DNA of 64,000 bases from Pristiophorus japonicus (GCF_044704955.1 NC_091999.1:61628001-61692000); one strand, 5' to 3'; shown: positions 11,629-24,727, counted from the first letter of the stretch. Notes: generated by a model from the sequence alone, not told the origin. Program-made: numbers and translations.

Positions 11629-11710
11629 GTAGTTGTTGCCGAGTGGTTAAAGCGATGGTCCAGAAATCCTTTCGTTTTTCTGCGTGAAGTTTCGAATCCT
11701 GCCGACGACA
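11629..11710 (+). pseudogene. tRNA-Ser(AGA) pseudogene
   Basis: gtagttgttgccgagtggttaaagcgatggtccagaaatcc...ttcgaatcctgccgac. Confidence 0.82.
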
Positions 11711-12227
11711 ATTCACAGCATTTTTCATTCCATTTTACAATTTAACCAGGTTTTTGCAAAACGGATCCTGAGATCGGCAGAATAACGTCCCACACATTTC
11801 AACACTGACATCTATTTCTCATTTTTATTCATCTGCAATATTCATGATTCATACGGATAGAAAAACGCAAAAATTAGCCAAAGTAGCGACAGTGATTTAG
11901 TCTGTCTATCCGTCTATATGTCAAAATCATGTCTGTTGGTGCATGTATATTTTTGGTTATATGTGTGGGTGTGTGTGTCTCTGAGTCTATCTATCTGTAT
12001 ATATGTCTCTGTGTATGTGCAACTGTCTGTGGAAATCATCACCATGAATTTGGTATGTGCTGGAACATTTTTAAAAAGACTTGGGGAAAATAATACGGTT
12101 GTGAACTTTGGTATTGGCTTTGGTTCAGTGGCAGTATCCTCGACTGAAAAACGCAAAAGACAGCCAAAGTTGCGACAGTGACCCTGCCTGTCTATCCATC
12201 TACTTGTCTAAGGCAATCTTTGTATAT

Positions 12228-12950
12228 CTTGATCTGGGTGCCATGGTACATCAGTCATTGATTGTTGGTATGCAGGTGCAGCAGATGGTGAAGAAGGCAA
12301 ATGGCATGTTCCCCTTCATAGCTAGGGGATTTGAGTATAGGAGCAGGGAGATCTTACTGCATTTGTACAGGGCCTCCGTGAGGCCACAACTGGAATACTG
12401 TGTTCAGTTTTGGTCTCCGAATCTGAGGAAGGACGTCCTTGTTATTGAGGGAGTACAGCTTAAGTTCACCAGCATGATTCCCGGGATGGCAGGACTGACA
12501 TATGAGGAGAGACTGGATGAACTGGGCTGGTATCCACTGGAGTTTAGCAGAATGAGAGGAGATCAGAAGAAACATGAGAAATTATGACGAGATTGGACAG
12601 CTTAGAGGCTGGAAGAATGTTCTCGCTGCTGGGGAGTTCGAGACCAAGGATCACAGTCTAAGAGTAAGGGGTAAGCCATTTAGAAACCGAGATGAAGAGA
12701 AACGACTTCAGTGAGAGAGTGGATAACCTCTGAAATTTTCCACTGCAGAAAGTCGTTGAGGCCAGTTCATTAGATATATTCAAAAGGGAGTTAGGTATTG
12801 CCCTTACGGCTAAAGGGATGAAGGGGTATAGAGAGGAAGCAGGAAAGGGGTACTGAGGTTGAATGATCAGCCATGATGTTATTGAATGGTAGTGCAGGCT
12901 CGAAGGGCCGAATGGCATATTCCTGCACCTAATTTCTATGTTTCTATGTT
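12228..12950 (+). mobile_element. CR1 3' fragment carried inside the tRNA repeat unit (copy 2)
   Basis: C-terminal part of ORF 12108-12587; ctatgtttctatgtt tail. Confidence 0.9.
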
Positions 12951-13117
12951 GAAGCGTGTATATTTTTGGTTATTGTGTGTGCGTGTGTCTGTGTATGTCT
13001 ATCTGTATGTATGTCTCTGTGTATGTCCAACTGTCTGTGGAAATCATCACCATGAATTTGGTACGTCCTGGAACTTTTTAAAAAACTTGGGGAAAATAAT
13101 ACAGTTGTGAACGTTGG

Positions 13118-13366
13118 TATCGGTTTTGGTTCAGTGGTTCCACTCTCGACTGAATCAGGAGGTTGTGTGTGTAAGTCCCACTCCTGAGACTTGAACCCAT
13201 AATCTTGGCTGACACTCAAATGCAGTACTTGGGGAATGTTGCATTGTTGAAGCTGTTGACCATCGGCTGAAATTTTAAATTGAAGCTCCATCTGCACCCT
13301 CGGGTAGATGTGTAAGTTCCCAGAGCCTTAGTCGAAAAATAATAGGAGAGTTGCGCCCGTGTCAAT
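13118..13366 (+). mobile_element. DeuSINE relic upstream of tRNA-Leu
   Basis: Paralogous to 9697-9945. Confidence 0.75.
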
Positions 13367-13466
13367 GTAAAGAAAAATGTTTGTAAATGCTCCCTGAAAT
13401 CCGATATGTCTGGAGCTGAAGCCCAGATTCTCACAGAGGCTGAGTCCAACCTGTGACAGGATCAGG

Positions 13467-13549
13467 ACCAGGATGGCCGCGTGGTAAAGGCGTTAGACTT
13501 AAGATCTAGTGGGTTTATACCCGCGTGGGTTCGAACCCCACTCCTGGTA
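13467..13549 (+). tRNA. tRNA-Leu(TAA), best-preserved Leu copy (A14 changed to C)
   Basis: ACCAGGATGGCCGCGTGGTAAAGGCGTTAGACTTAAGATCTAGTGGGTTTATACCCGCGTGGGTTCGAACCCCACTCCTGGTA; all stems pair and the B box is intact. Confidence 0.88.
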
Positions 13550-14553
13550 ATTCCTTACTTAAACAGATATTTTTCCCATCCTGCTCAGTGATACCCAATT
13601 TTCATCTGCTGAATCTCTAGTTTTCTGTAACTATGTGACACTCTGAGCAGATAATGAAATGAAATTGTGAAATGTCTCTGCCGCTCTCTCTCTTTTGAGA
13701 GCTGTGCATGTGTTTGTGTGTTTGAGTCTTTGTCTCTCTCTGACCCACTCTGTCTGTCGCTGTCTCTAACCTGATAAGTATTTCCATTATTTTCTGTGTT
13801 TGTCTCTATGTCTCTCTCTCTCTATCTGTCTTTCTCACTATCTGTCGCCCTCTTTTTCACTCTCATTGTCCCTGTCATTTTCTCTGTCATTCCATCACTA
13901 TTTGCCCCCCCTCTCATTTTGGAGCACGCAAATACATCTCTGTGTATGTATGTGTTTGAGTCTTTTTCTCATTCAGTCTGATCCTCCCTTTCAGTCTCAA
14001 AATTTCTGTCTCTCTTTGTCTCTATCTCGCTGTCTGTCTCTCCCTGTTTCCCTGTTTGTCTCTGGTTCTGAATCTGTCTGTCTCTTTCTCACGGTGCCCA
14101 GTTCTGTTCGAAAGGGATTCACTCAGTCTCTCTGTCTGACTGTCTCACTCTTACCCATCATCTCTGTCTGTCTATGTTTCTGCCTATCTGTCTCTCTTTG
14201 CCTGTCGCTGGTCGTTGCTACCTCTAACCTGCTGAGTATTTCCATCATTTTCTGTTTATATCTGTCTCTCTCTCTATCTGTCGCACTCTCTCTATCTGTC
14301 TCTCTCCTTGTCACTGTCTTTCTCTCACTCTTTCCCTCTCTCTCTTTATAGATCACACACACATCTCTGTATATGTAGGTGTTTGAGTCTTTTTCTCACT
14401 GAGTCTGCCTCACTTTTCAGTCTCACCCTTTCTGTCTCGCGTTGTCTCTCTCTCTCGCTGTCTGTCGATCTCTGTTTGCCGGTTTGTCTCTGTCGATCAA
14501 TGTGTCTGTCGACTTCTGTTGACAGCTCGATTACTGCTCTAACGCAACCCATA

Positions 14554-14626
14554 TCCTCGTCCGTATCGTAGTGATTTTCCCCACTTGTTATGCGGGAGAA
14601 CCGGGTTCCATTTCCCGATGGCGCAG
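14554..14626 (+). pseudogene. tRNA-Asp pseudogene
   Basis: tcctcgtccgtatcgtagtgattttcccc...gcgggagaaccgggttcc. Confidence 0.75.
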
Positions 14627-14841
14627 CAGTTTTTCAAAATGTCGAATTTTACTTCTGTTTCTTGTTATAGATTTTATTAAAAAGATCCAGAGCAATATAG
14701 AACAGTAAAAATACAGCAAGAGGAGATTGCCTCTTCAGATTTTTTGCAAACGGAGACTTTTTCAGGATTCTGTGGCCGTCTGCTGCACAGAGATGGATGA
14801 CTGAGTTTTTTCTGAGTAACATTTAAAGTGCCAGAGACGCA

Positions 14842-14923
14842 GTAATTGTGGCCGAGTGGTTAAAGCGATGGACTAGAAATACTTTGGGTTTTCTGCGCGT
14901 AGGTTAGAATCCTGCCGACTACG
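14842..14923 (+). pseudogene. tRNA-Ser(AGA) pseudogene
   Basis: gtggccgagtggttaaagcgatggactagaaat...ggttagaatcctgccgactacg. Confidence 0.85.
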
Positions 14924-15434
14924 ATTCTCAGCATTTTTCATTCCATTTTACAATTTAACCAGGTTTTGGCAAAAATGATCCGGAGATAGATGGAATAACG
15001 TCCCACACCTTTCAACGCTGACATTTTTTTCACATTTCTATTAGTCTGCAATATTCACGATACATACGGATAGAAAAATGCAAATATCACCCAATGTAGT
15101 GACTCAGCCTGTCTATCCTTCGATATGTCTAAGGCATCTGTGCATGTCAGTTGGTGCATGTATATTTTTGGTTATGTGTGTGTTTGTGTCTGTGTCTGTC
15201 TATCTGTATATATGTCTCTGTGTATGTGCAACTGTCTGTGGAAATCATCACCATGAATTTGGTATGTCCTGAAACTTGTTCAAAAGACTTGGAGAAAATA
15301 ATACGTTGTGAACTTTTGTATCGGCTCTGGTTCAGTGGCAGCATTCTCGACGGAAAAACGCAAAGGCCAGCCAAAGTAGCGACAGTGACCCTGCCTGTCT
15401 ATCCGTCTATTTGTCTAAGGCTCTCTGTGTCTAT

Positions 15435-16135
15435 CTTGATCTGGGTGTCATGCTGCATCTGTCATTGAAAGTGGGCATGCAAGTGCAACAGGCGGTGAAG
15501 AAGGCAAATGGCATGTTCGCCTTCATAGCTAGGGGATTTGAATATAGGAGCAGGGAAGTCTTCCTGCAGTTGTACACGTAAAATATTTTGTTAGTTTTGG
15601 TCTCCAAATCTGAGGAAGGACGTCCTTGCTATTAATGGAGCGCAGCGAATGTTCACCAGCTTGATTCCAGGGATGGCAGGACTGACATATTAGGATAGAC
15701 TGGATCAACTCTGCTGGTATCCACTGGAGTTTAGAAGAATGAGAGGGGATCTCATAGAAACATATAAAATTCTGACGAGATTGGACACGTGAGAGGCAGG
15801 AAGAATGTTTCTGTTGCTGGGGAGTTCGAGAACCAGGGGTCACAGTCTAAGAATAAGCGGTAAGCCATTTAGAACCAAGATGAGGAGAAACAGCTTCATT
15901 CAGAGAGTGGGTAACCTGTGGAATTCTCTACCGCAGAAAGTTGTTGAAGCCAGTTCGTTAGATATATTGAAGAGTGAGTCAGATATGGCCCTTACGGCTC
16001 AAGGGATCAAGGGATATGGAGAGAAAGGAGGATATAGGTACCGAGGTTGAAAGATCAGCCATGATCTTATTGAATGGTGGTGCAGGCTCGAAGGGCCAAC
16101 GGCTTACTCCTGCAACTAATTTATATGTTTCTATG
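15435..16135 (+). mobile_element. CR1 3' fragment carried inside the tRNA repeat unit (copy 3)
   Basis: Same 5' junction (cttgatctgggtgtcatg) and same tail position as copies 1 and 2. Confidence 0.9.
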
Positions 16136-16315
16136 ATTCTATGTTAATGCGTGTATATTTTTGGTTATTTTATGTGTGTGTGTGTCTGTGTATGTCTATC
16201 TGTATCTATGTCTCTGTGTATGTGCAACTCTCTATGGAAATCATCACCAAGAATTTGGTATGTCCTGGAACATTTTAAAAAACTTGGGGAAAATAATACG
16301 GTTGTGATCTTTGGT

Positions 16316-16555
16316 ATCGGCTTTGTTTCAGTGGCTCCATTAAAAAGGTCGTGTGTGTAAGTCCCTCTCCTGAGACTTGAGCGCATCATCTTGGCTGACA
16401 CTCAAATGCAGTACTTAGGGAAATTTGCATTGTTGAGGCTGTTGACCATCGGATGAAATGTAAAATTGAAGCTCCGCCTACACCCTCGGATGGCTGTGAA
16501 AGGTCCCAGAGCATTACTCGAAAAAGAATAGGAGAGTTGCCCCCGTGTCAATATC
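16316..16555 (+). mobile_element. DeuSINE relic upstream of tRNA-Leu
   Basis: Paralogous to 9697-9945. Confidence 0.72.
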
Positions 16556-16663
16556 ACGAAAAATGTTCGAAAATGCTCCCTTACACCCTCTGTGTATGTG
16601 TGTGACTGTGGGGGTGGAGTTGAAGCCCAAATTCTGACAGAGACAAAGCCCGTTTCTGCCAGG

Positions 16664-16745
16664 CCCAGGATGGCCGAGTGGTTAAAGTGTTGGACTTAAA
16701 ATCCATGGATTTATAACTGCGCGGGTTCGAACCCCACAACTGCTA
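16664..16745 (+). pseudogene. tRNA-Leu(TAA) pseudogene
   Basis: ccaggatggccgagtggttaaagtgttggacttaaaatcca...gggttcgaaccccac; acceptor stem broken. Confidence 0.85.
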
Positions 16746-17060
16746 ATTGTTTAATTAAACAGAGATTATTTCCCATGCTGCTCAGTGTTACCCCATTTAC
16801 CTCTGTTGCATGTGCATGTTTCGGTGACACTCTGAGCAGATAATGAAATGTATCTGCGTCGCTCAGTCTCCACCTCTCTCTTTCGAAAGCTGTGTATGTG
16901 TTTGAGTCTTCGTCGCTCGAAGTCTGCCTCTGTCTCGTTCTCACTGTGTCCAATTCTGTTCCAAAGGGATTCTGTCTGACCGTCTGTCTCTTTACCTGTC
17001 TGTGTTGGTCCCTGTCTCTCACCTGATGAGTCATTCCATCATTTTCTGTTTTTATTTCTA

Positions 17061-17097
<37 letters not shown>

Positions 17098-17840
17098 ATC
17101 TGTCTTTCTCTATATCTGTCTCCCTCTTTGTCTCTGTCTTTTTCTTGTCATTCCATCACTATTTGCCTCCCTCTCTTTATGGAGCACGCAAACAGATCTC
17201 TGTGTGTGTAAGTATTTGAGTCTTTGTCTCACTCAGTCTGACCCTCCCTCTCAGTCTAAAACTTTCTGTCTATCTCTGTCTCTATCTCGCTGTCTGTCTC
17301 TCCCTGTTTCCCTGTTTGTCTCTGTCTCTCAATATGTCTGTCTCTTTCTCACGGTGTCCAGTTCTGTTCGAATGGGATTCTCTCAATCTCTCTGTCTGAC
17401 TGTCTCTCTCCTTCCCATCATCTCTGTCTGTCTATGCCTCTGCCTGTCTGTATCTATTTGCCTGAGGCTGTTAGTTCCTGTCTCTAACCTGCTGAGTATT
17501 TCCATCATTGTCTGTTTATATCTTTGTCTCTCTCTCTATCTGTCGCTCTCTCTCTATCTGTCTCTGTCCTTGTCACTGTCATTAACACTGCCTTTGTCTC
17601 ACTCTTTCCCTCTCTCTCTTTATAGAGCACACACATATCTCTGTATATGTATGTGTTTGAGATTTTTTCTCACTGCGTCTGCCTCTCCTTCTGAGTCTCA
17701 CACTTTCTGTCTCTCGTTCTCTCTATCTCGTTGTCTGTCTCTCCCTGTTTGTCGGTTTGTCTCTGTCTCTCAATGTGTCTCGCTACTTCTCATGGAGTCC
17801 AGTTTTCTTCACAGTTCGATTCCTGCTTTGACTAAACCCA

Positions 17841-17912
17841 CATTCGTTGGTACAGTGCTTAGTATCCCGGCCTGTTATGCAGAAGACAGGGTTTCAATTC
17901 TCCAACGGACAG
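17841..17912 (+). pseudogene. tRNA-Asp pseudogene
   Basis: tcgttggtacagtgcttagtatcccggcctgttatgc; degenerate. Confidence 0.72.
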
Positions 17913-18099
17913 GAAGCTTTTTCAAAATGTAGGATTTTACTTCTGTTTCTTGGTATAGATTCATATTAAAAAGTTCCAGTGCAATGCAGAATAGTAAAAA
18001 AATAGGAAGAGGAGGTTTTTTCAGAATTCTGTGTCATCTGCTGCAGAGAGGTGGATGATTGAGTTTTATCTGAGTTACATTTAAAGAACAAATGAGTCA

Positions 18100-18181
18100 G
18101 TAGTCGTGGCCAAGAGGTTGCAGCGATAAACTAGAAAATCCATCGTATTTTTCCGCTGAAGGTCGAAACCTGCCGACTACG
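18100..18181 (+). pseudogene. tRNA-Ser(AGA) pseudogene
   Basis: gtagtcgtggcc...actagaaaatccat...cctgccgactacg. Confidence 0.8.
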
Positions 18182-18589
18182 ATTCTCAGCATTTTTCATT
18201 CCATTTCACAATTTAACCAGGTCTCTGCAAAACTCATCCTAAGATAGATGGAATAACGTCCCACACCTTTCAAAACTGTCATTTTTTAAATCATTTTATT
18301 AAACTGCAATATTCACGATACTTTCGTATAGAAAAACGCAAAAATCAGCCAAAGTTGCGACAGTGATTCAGCCTGGCTATCCCTCTCGATGTCTAAGACA
18401 TCTGTCCTTGTCCGTTGTTGCGAGTATATTTTTGCTTATGTGTGTGTTTGTCTGTGTCTGTCTATCTGTATATATATATATATATCTGTGTATGTGCAAC
18501 TGTCTGTATAAATCATCACCATGAATTTGGTATGTCATGGAACTTCTTAAAAATATTTGATGAAAATAATAGTGTTGTGAACTTTGGTA

Positions 18590-18826
18590 TCGGCTTTGGT
18601 TCAGTGGCGGTATTCTCGACTGAATCAGGAGTTTGTGTGTTTCAGTCCCACTCCTGAGACTTGAGCAGATAATCTTGGCAGACACTTAAGTGCAGTACTT
18701 GGGGAATTTTGCATTGTTGAAGCTGTTGAATTTCGGAAGATATTTTAAATTAAAGCTCCGTCTGCACCCTCGGGTGGATCACAGCATTACTCGAAAAAGA
18801 ATAGGAGAGTTGCCCCCGTGTCAATA
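18590..18826 (+). mobile_element. DeuSINE relic upstream of tRNA-Leu
   Basis: Paralogous to 9697-9945; this unit lacks the CR1 fragment. Confidence 0.72.
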
Positions 18827-18934
18827 TTACTAAAAATGTTCCTAAATGCTCACTGAAACCCGGTGTGTTTGTGTGTCTGTGGGGTGGAGTTGAAGCCCAG
18901 ATTCTCACAGAGACAGAATCGAAACGCTGGAAGG

Positions 18935-19016
18935 ACCAGGCTGGCCGAGTGGTTAAGGCGTTGGCCTTAAAATTCAATTGGATTTTCCCACGAGAGTTCG
19001 GTCCCCACTCCTCGAA
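18935..19016 (+). pseudogene. tRNA-Leu(TAA) pseudogene
   Basis: accaggctggccgagtggttaaggcgttggccttaaaattcaa...gttcggtccccactcc. Confidence 0.82.
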
Positions 19017-19432
19017 TCTCTTTAATGTATCACTGATTTTGCCCCATGCTGATCAGTGATACCTGAGTTTCATCTGCAATATCAACAATTTTCTGTTGCT
19101 CTGTGACATTCTGAGCCGATCATGAAATGAAATTGTGAAATGTATCTGTGTATCTCAGTCTCTGCCTTTCTGTCTTTAGAGAACTGTGCATGTGTTTGTG
19201 TGCTTGAGTCTGAGTCTGCCTCTCCCTGACTCACTCTGTTTGTGCCTGTTTTTCTGTTTGTCTCTGTCTCTCAATCTGTCTCTTTCTCTCGGTGCCCACG
19301 TCTGTTCCAATAAGATTCTCTCAGATTCTATGTCTGACTGTCTCTCTCTTTCCCATCATCTCTGCCCATGTCTTTGCCTGACTCACTTTGTCCCTGTCTC
19401 TAACCTGATGAGTATTTTCATCATTTTCAGTT

Positions 19433-21390
19433 TTAGAAACATAGAAAATAGCTGCAGGATTAGGCCATTAGGCCCCTCGAGCCTGCGTCGCCATTCAATA
19501 TGTTCATGGCTGACCATTCCTTCAGTTCCCCTTTCCTGCTTTCTCTCCATACCCCTTCACCCCCTTATCCGTAAGGGCCATATCGAACTCCCTCTTGAAT
19601 ATATCCAATGAACTGGCATCAACAACTCTCTGCGGCAGGGAATTCCACAGGTCAACAACTCTCTGAGTGAAGAAGTTTCTCCTCATCTCAGTGCTAAATG
19701 GCCTACCCCTTATCCTAAGACTATGTCCCCTAGTTCTGGATTCCCGAACATCGAGAACTTTCTTCCCGCATCTAACCTGTACAGGCCCGTCAAAATCTTA
19801 TATATTTCTATGAGATCCCCTCTCATCATTCTAAACGCCAGTGAATAAAGGCACAGTTGATCGAATCTCTCCTCATATGACAGTACTGCCATCCCTGGAA
19901 TCAGTCTGTTGACAATATCGGACCGAGTCAGCATGAATTTATGAAAGGGAAATCATGCTTGATGAATCTTCTGGAATTTTTTGAGGATGTAACGAGTAGA
20001 GTGTCAAGGGAGAACCAGTGGATGTGGTGTATTTGGACTTTCAATAGGCTTTTGACAAGGTCCCGCACAAGAGATTGGTGCACAAAGTCCAAGTGCATGG
20101 TATTGGGATTAATGTACTGACGTGAATAGAGAACTGTTTGGCAACTGGTTTGCTGCACTCCCTCAATAGCAAGAACGTCCTTCCTCAGACTATAAGACCA
20201 AAACTGAATACAATATACCAGGTCTGGCCTCACTAAGGCCTTGTACAACTGCAGTAAGGTCTCCCTGCTCCTTTATTCAAATCCTCTAGCTATGAAGGCC
20301 AGCTTTCCATTTGCATTCTTTACCGCCTTCTGTACCTGCGTGCCCACTTTCAGTGACTGATGAACCATGACACCCAGGTCTCGTTGCATCTCCCCTTTTT
20401 CTAGGCTGCCGCCATTCAGATAATATTCCGCCTTCGTGTTTTTGACCCAAAATGGTTAATCTCACATTTATCCACATTATACTGCATCTGCCATATATTT
20501 GCCCACTCACCTAACGTGTCCAAGTCACCCTGCAGCCTCTTAGCATCCTCCTCACAGCTCGGACCACCACCCAGTTTAGTGTCATCCACAAACTTGGAGA
20601 TATTACACTCTATTCCTTCAACCAAATCGTTAATGTATATTGTAAAGAGTTGGGGTCCCAGCACTGAGCCCTGCGGCACCTCACTAGTAACTGCCAGCAT
20701 TTCTGAAAATGACCTGTTTATCCAGATTCTCTGCTTCCTGTCTGCCAACCAGTTCTCTATCCAAGTCAGTACATTAATCCCAATATCATGCGCTTGGATT
20801 TTGTGCACCAATCCCTTGTGCGGGACCTTGTCAAAAGCCTATTGAAATCCCAATACACCACATCGACTGGTTCTCTCTTGTCCACTCTACTAGTTACATC
20901 CTCAAAGAATTCCAGAAGATTCCTCAAGCATGATTTCACTTTCATAAATCTATGCTGATTCGGTCCGATCCTGTCAGTGCTTTCCAAATGGGCTGCTATT
21001 TCATCCTTAATGATTGATTCCAACATTTTCCCCACTACTGATGTCAGGCTAACTGGTCTATAATTACCCGCTTTCTCTCTCCCTCCTTTTAAAAAAAAAG
21101 TGCCATCACATTAGCTACCCTCCAGTCAATAGGAATTGATACAGAGTCGATAGATTGTTGGAAAATGATCACCAATGCATCCACTATTTCTAGGGCCACT
21201 TCCTTAAGTACTCTGGGATGCAGACTATCAGGACCCAGGGATTTATCGGCCTTTATTCCCATCAATTTCCCGAACACAATTTCCCGCCAATAAGGATATC
21301 ATTCAGTTCCTCATTCTCACTAGACTCACAGGCCCCTAGTACATTTTGAAGGTTTTTTGTATCTTCCTTTGTAAAGACATAACCGAATTA
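19433..21390 (-). mobile_element. CR1 LINE fragment containing an internal inverted duplication (19910-20150)
   Basis: aaacatag tail at 19436; minus-strand RT ORFs 20416-20811, 20766-21035 and 21089-21277. Confidence 0.92.
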
Positions 21391-21443
21391 TTGTCTCTAT
21401 CTCTCTCTATATCTGTCTTTCTCTCTATCTGTCTCCCCCTTTG

Positions 21444-23845
21444 AACATAAGAACATAAGAACATAAGAGTTAGGAACAGGAGTAGGCCATCTAGCCCCTC
21501 GAGCCTGCCGCGCCATTCAATAAGATCATGGCTGATCTGGTCGTGAACTCAGTTCCACTTACCCGCCCTCTCCCCGTAATCCTTAATTCCCTTATTGATT
21601 AAAAAGCTATCTATCTTTGACTTGAAAACATTCAATGAGCTAGCCTCAACTGCTTCCTTGGCAGAGAATTCCACAGATACACAAACCTCTGGGAGTAGAA
21701 ATTTTTTCTCAACTCGGTTTTAAATTGACTCCTCCGTATTTTGAGGCTGTGCCCCCTAGTTCTAGTCACCCCGACCAGTGGAAACAAACTCTCTGCCTCT
21801 ATATTGTCTATCCCTTTCATGATTTTAAATGTTTCTATAAGATCACCCCTCATCCGTCTGTACTCCATGGAGTAAGGACCCAGTCTACTCAATCTATCAT
21901 CATAAGGTAACCCCCTCATTTCTGGAATCAGCCTAGTGAATCGTCTCTGTACCCCTTCCAAAGCTAGTATATCCTTCCTTAAATAAGGTGACCAAAACTG
22001 CACGCAGTACTCAGGTGCGGCCTTACCAATACCTTATACAGTTGCAGCAAGACCTCCCTGCTTTTGTACTCCATCCCTTTCGCAATGAAGGCCAATATTC
22101 CATTCGCTTTTGGAATGCATGCACAAGGACCCCCAGGTCCCTTTGCACCACAGCATGTTGTAATTTCTCCCCATTCAAATAATATTCCCTTTTATTGTTT
22201 TTTTTTCCCAAAGTGGATGACCTCACACTTTCCGACATTGTATTCCATCTCCCAAACTTTAGCGCAATCGCTTAACCTATCCAAATCTCCTTGCAGTCTC
22301 GCTGAGTCCTCTACACACCCCGCTTTCCCACTAACCTTAGTTCCATCTGCAAATTTTGTTGCACTACACTCTGTCCCCTCTTCTAGGTCATCTATGTATA
22401 TTGTAAACAGTTATGGTCCAGCACTGATCCCTGTGGCACAGCACTAACCACTGATTTCCAACCAGAAAAGGACCCATTTAGACCGACACTCTGCTTTCTG
22501 TTCGCCAGCCAATTCTCTATCCATGCTAATATATTTCCTCTGACTCCGCGTACCTTTATCTTCTGTAGTAACCTTTTGTGAAGCACCTTATCGAATGCCA
22601 TTTGGAAATCTAAATACACCACATCCATCGGTACACCTCTATCCACCATGCTCATTATATCCTCAAAGAATTCCAGTAATTTAGTTAAACATGATTTCCC
22701 CTTCATGAATCCATGCTGCGTCTGCTTGATTGCACTATTCCTTTCTAGATGTCCCGCTATTTCTTCCTTAATGATAGTTTCAAGCATTTTCCCCACTACA
22801 GATGTTAAACTAACCGTCCTTTAGTTACCTGCCTTTTGCCTGCCCCGTTTTTTAAACAGAGGCGTTGCATTAGCTGCTTTCCAATCCGCTGGTACCTCCC
22901 CAGAGTCCAGAGAATCTTGGTAGATTATAATGAATGCATCTGCTATAACTTCAGCCATCTCTTTTAATACACTGGGATGTATTTCATCAGTACCAGGGGA
23001 CTTGTCTACCGTCAGTCCCATTAGCCTGTCCAGCACTACTCCCCCAGTGATAGTGATTGTCTCTAGATCCTCCCTTCCCACATTCCTGTGGCCTGCAGAT
23101 TTTGGCTTTGTTTTTGTGTCTTCCACTGTGAAGGCGGAAACAAAATAATTGTTTAATGTCTCAGCCATTTCCACATTTCCCATTATTAAATCTCCCTTCT
23201 CATCTTCTGAGCGACCAACATTTACTTTAGTCACTCTCTTTCGTTTTATATATCGGTAAAAGCTTTTACTATCTGTTTTTATATTTTGCGCCAGTTACTT
23301 TCGTAATCTATCTTTCCTTTCTTTATTGCTTTCTTAGTCATTCTTTGCTGTCGTTTAAAATTTTCCCAATCTTGTAGTTTCCCACTAACCTTGGCCACCT
23401 TATACGCATTGGTTTTTAATTTGATACTCTCCTTTATTTCCTTGGTTATCCATGGCTGGTTATCACTTCTCTTGCCTCCCCTCTTTTTCACTAGAATATA
23501 TTTTTTTTGCGCACTATGAAAGAGCTACTTAAATGTCCTCCACTGTTCCTCAATTGTGCCACTGTTTAGTCCTTGGTTCCAGTGTACTTTAGCCAACTCT
23601 GCCCTCATCCCACTGTAGTCCCCTTTGTTTAAGCATCGTACCCTCGTTTCTGATACAACTTCCTCATCCTTAATCTGTATTACAAATTCAACCATATCGT
23701 GATCACTCATGCCGAGAGGATCTTTTATGAGGAGATCGTTTATTTTTCCTGTCTCATTAGTAAGGACCAGATTCAAGATGGCTTGCTCCCTTTTAGGCTC
23801 TGTTACATACTGTTCTAAGAAACAGTCCCGTATGCATTCTATGAA
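21444..23845 (-). mobile_element. CR1 LINE fragment, (CTTATGTT)n-tailed subfamily
   Basis: (aacataag)x3 tail; EN/RT ORF pieces from 21632 to 23926; the CT spacer resumes at 23846. Confidence 0.92.
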
Positions 23846-24573
23846 TTGTCTCTCTCTTTGTTCCTGTCTTTGTGCCTGCCATTCCATCACTATTTGCCTC
23901 CCTCTCTTTATGGAGCACACAAACACATCTCTGTATATGTATGTGTTTGAGTCTTTCTGTTATTCAGTCTGACCTTCCATCTCAGTCTCAAAGTCTCTGT
24001 TTCTCTTTGTCTCTTTCTCTCTGTCTGTCTCTCCCTGTTTCCCTGTCTCTCAAAGTATCTGTCTCTTTCTCACGATGTCCAGTTCTGTTCCAATGGGATT
24101 CACTCAGTCTCTCTGTCTGACTGTCGCTCTCATTCCCATCATCTCTGTCTGTCCATGTCTCTACCTGTCTCTCTCTTTGCCTGTCTCTGTTAGTTACTGC
24201 CTCTAACCTGCTGAGTATTTCCATCATTTTCTGTTTCTATCTCTGTCTATCTCTCTATCTGTCGCTCACTCTTTCTCTGTCTCTCTCTTTGTCACTGTCT
24301 TTGTCACTGTCTTTCTCTCACTCTTTCCCTCTCTCTCTTTAAAGAGCACATACACACACATCTCTGTATATGTGTGTGTTTGAGTCTTTTTCTCACTTAG
24401 TCTGCCTCTCCTTCTCAGTCTCATACTTTCTGTCTCACGTTGTCTCTATCTCGCTGTCTGTCTCTCCCTGTTTGTCGGAAGTCTCTGTCTCTCAAAGTGC
24501 CTGTCGACTTCTCATGGTGTCCAGTTCTGTTCACAGCTCGATTCCTGCTCTGACAAAACAAATGCCCGTCAGT

Positions 24574-24645
24574 TCCTCGTTAGTGTAGTAGTTAGTATCC
24601 CTTCCTGTCACGCGTGATGTCGGGGTTCAATACCTTGACGAGTGT
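24574..24645 (+). pseudogene. tRNA-Asp(GTC) pseudogene; the downstream tRNA-Ser is deleted in this unit
   Basis: tcctcgttagtgtagtagttagtatcccttcctgtcacgcg...ggggttcaatacc; the sequence jumps to the pre-SINE spacer at about 24680. Confidence 0.82.
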
Positions 24646-24727
24646 GGAACTTTTTCAAAATGTTGAATATTGCTTCAAAATGTCCTGGAACTTTCGAAAA
24701 AGACTTGTGGAAAGTAATACGGATGTG

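Noticed and set aside
7339-17932. Long Ser/Leu/Cys-rich ORFs (e.g. 7339-7944, 13800-14351, 17060-17932)
   Set aside because: Artefacts of CT-rich low-complexity spacers that lack stop codons.
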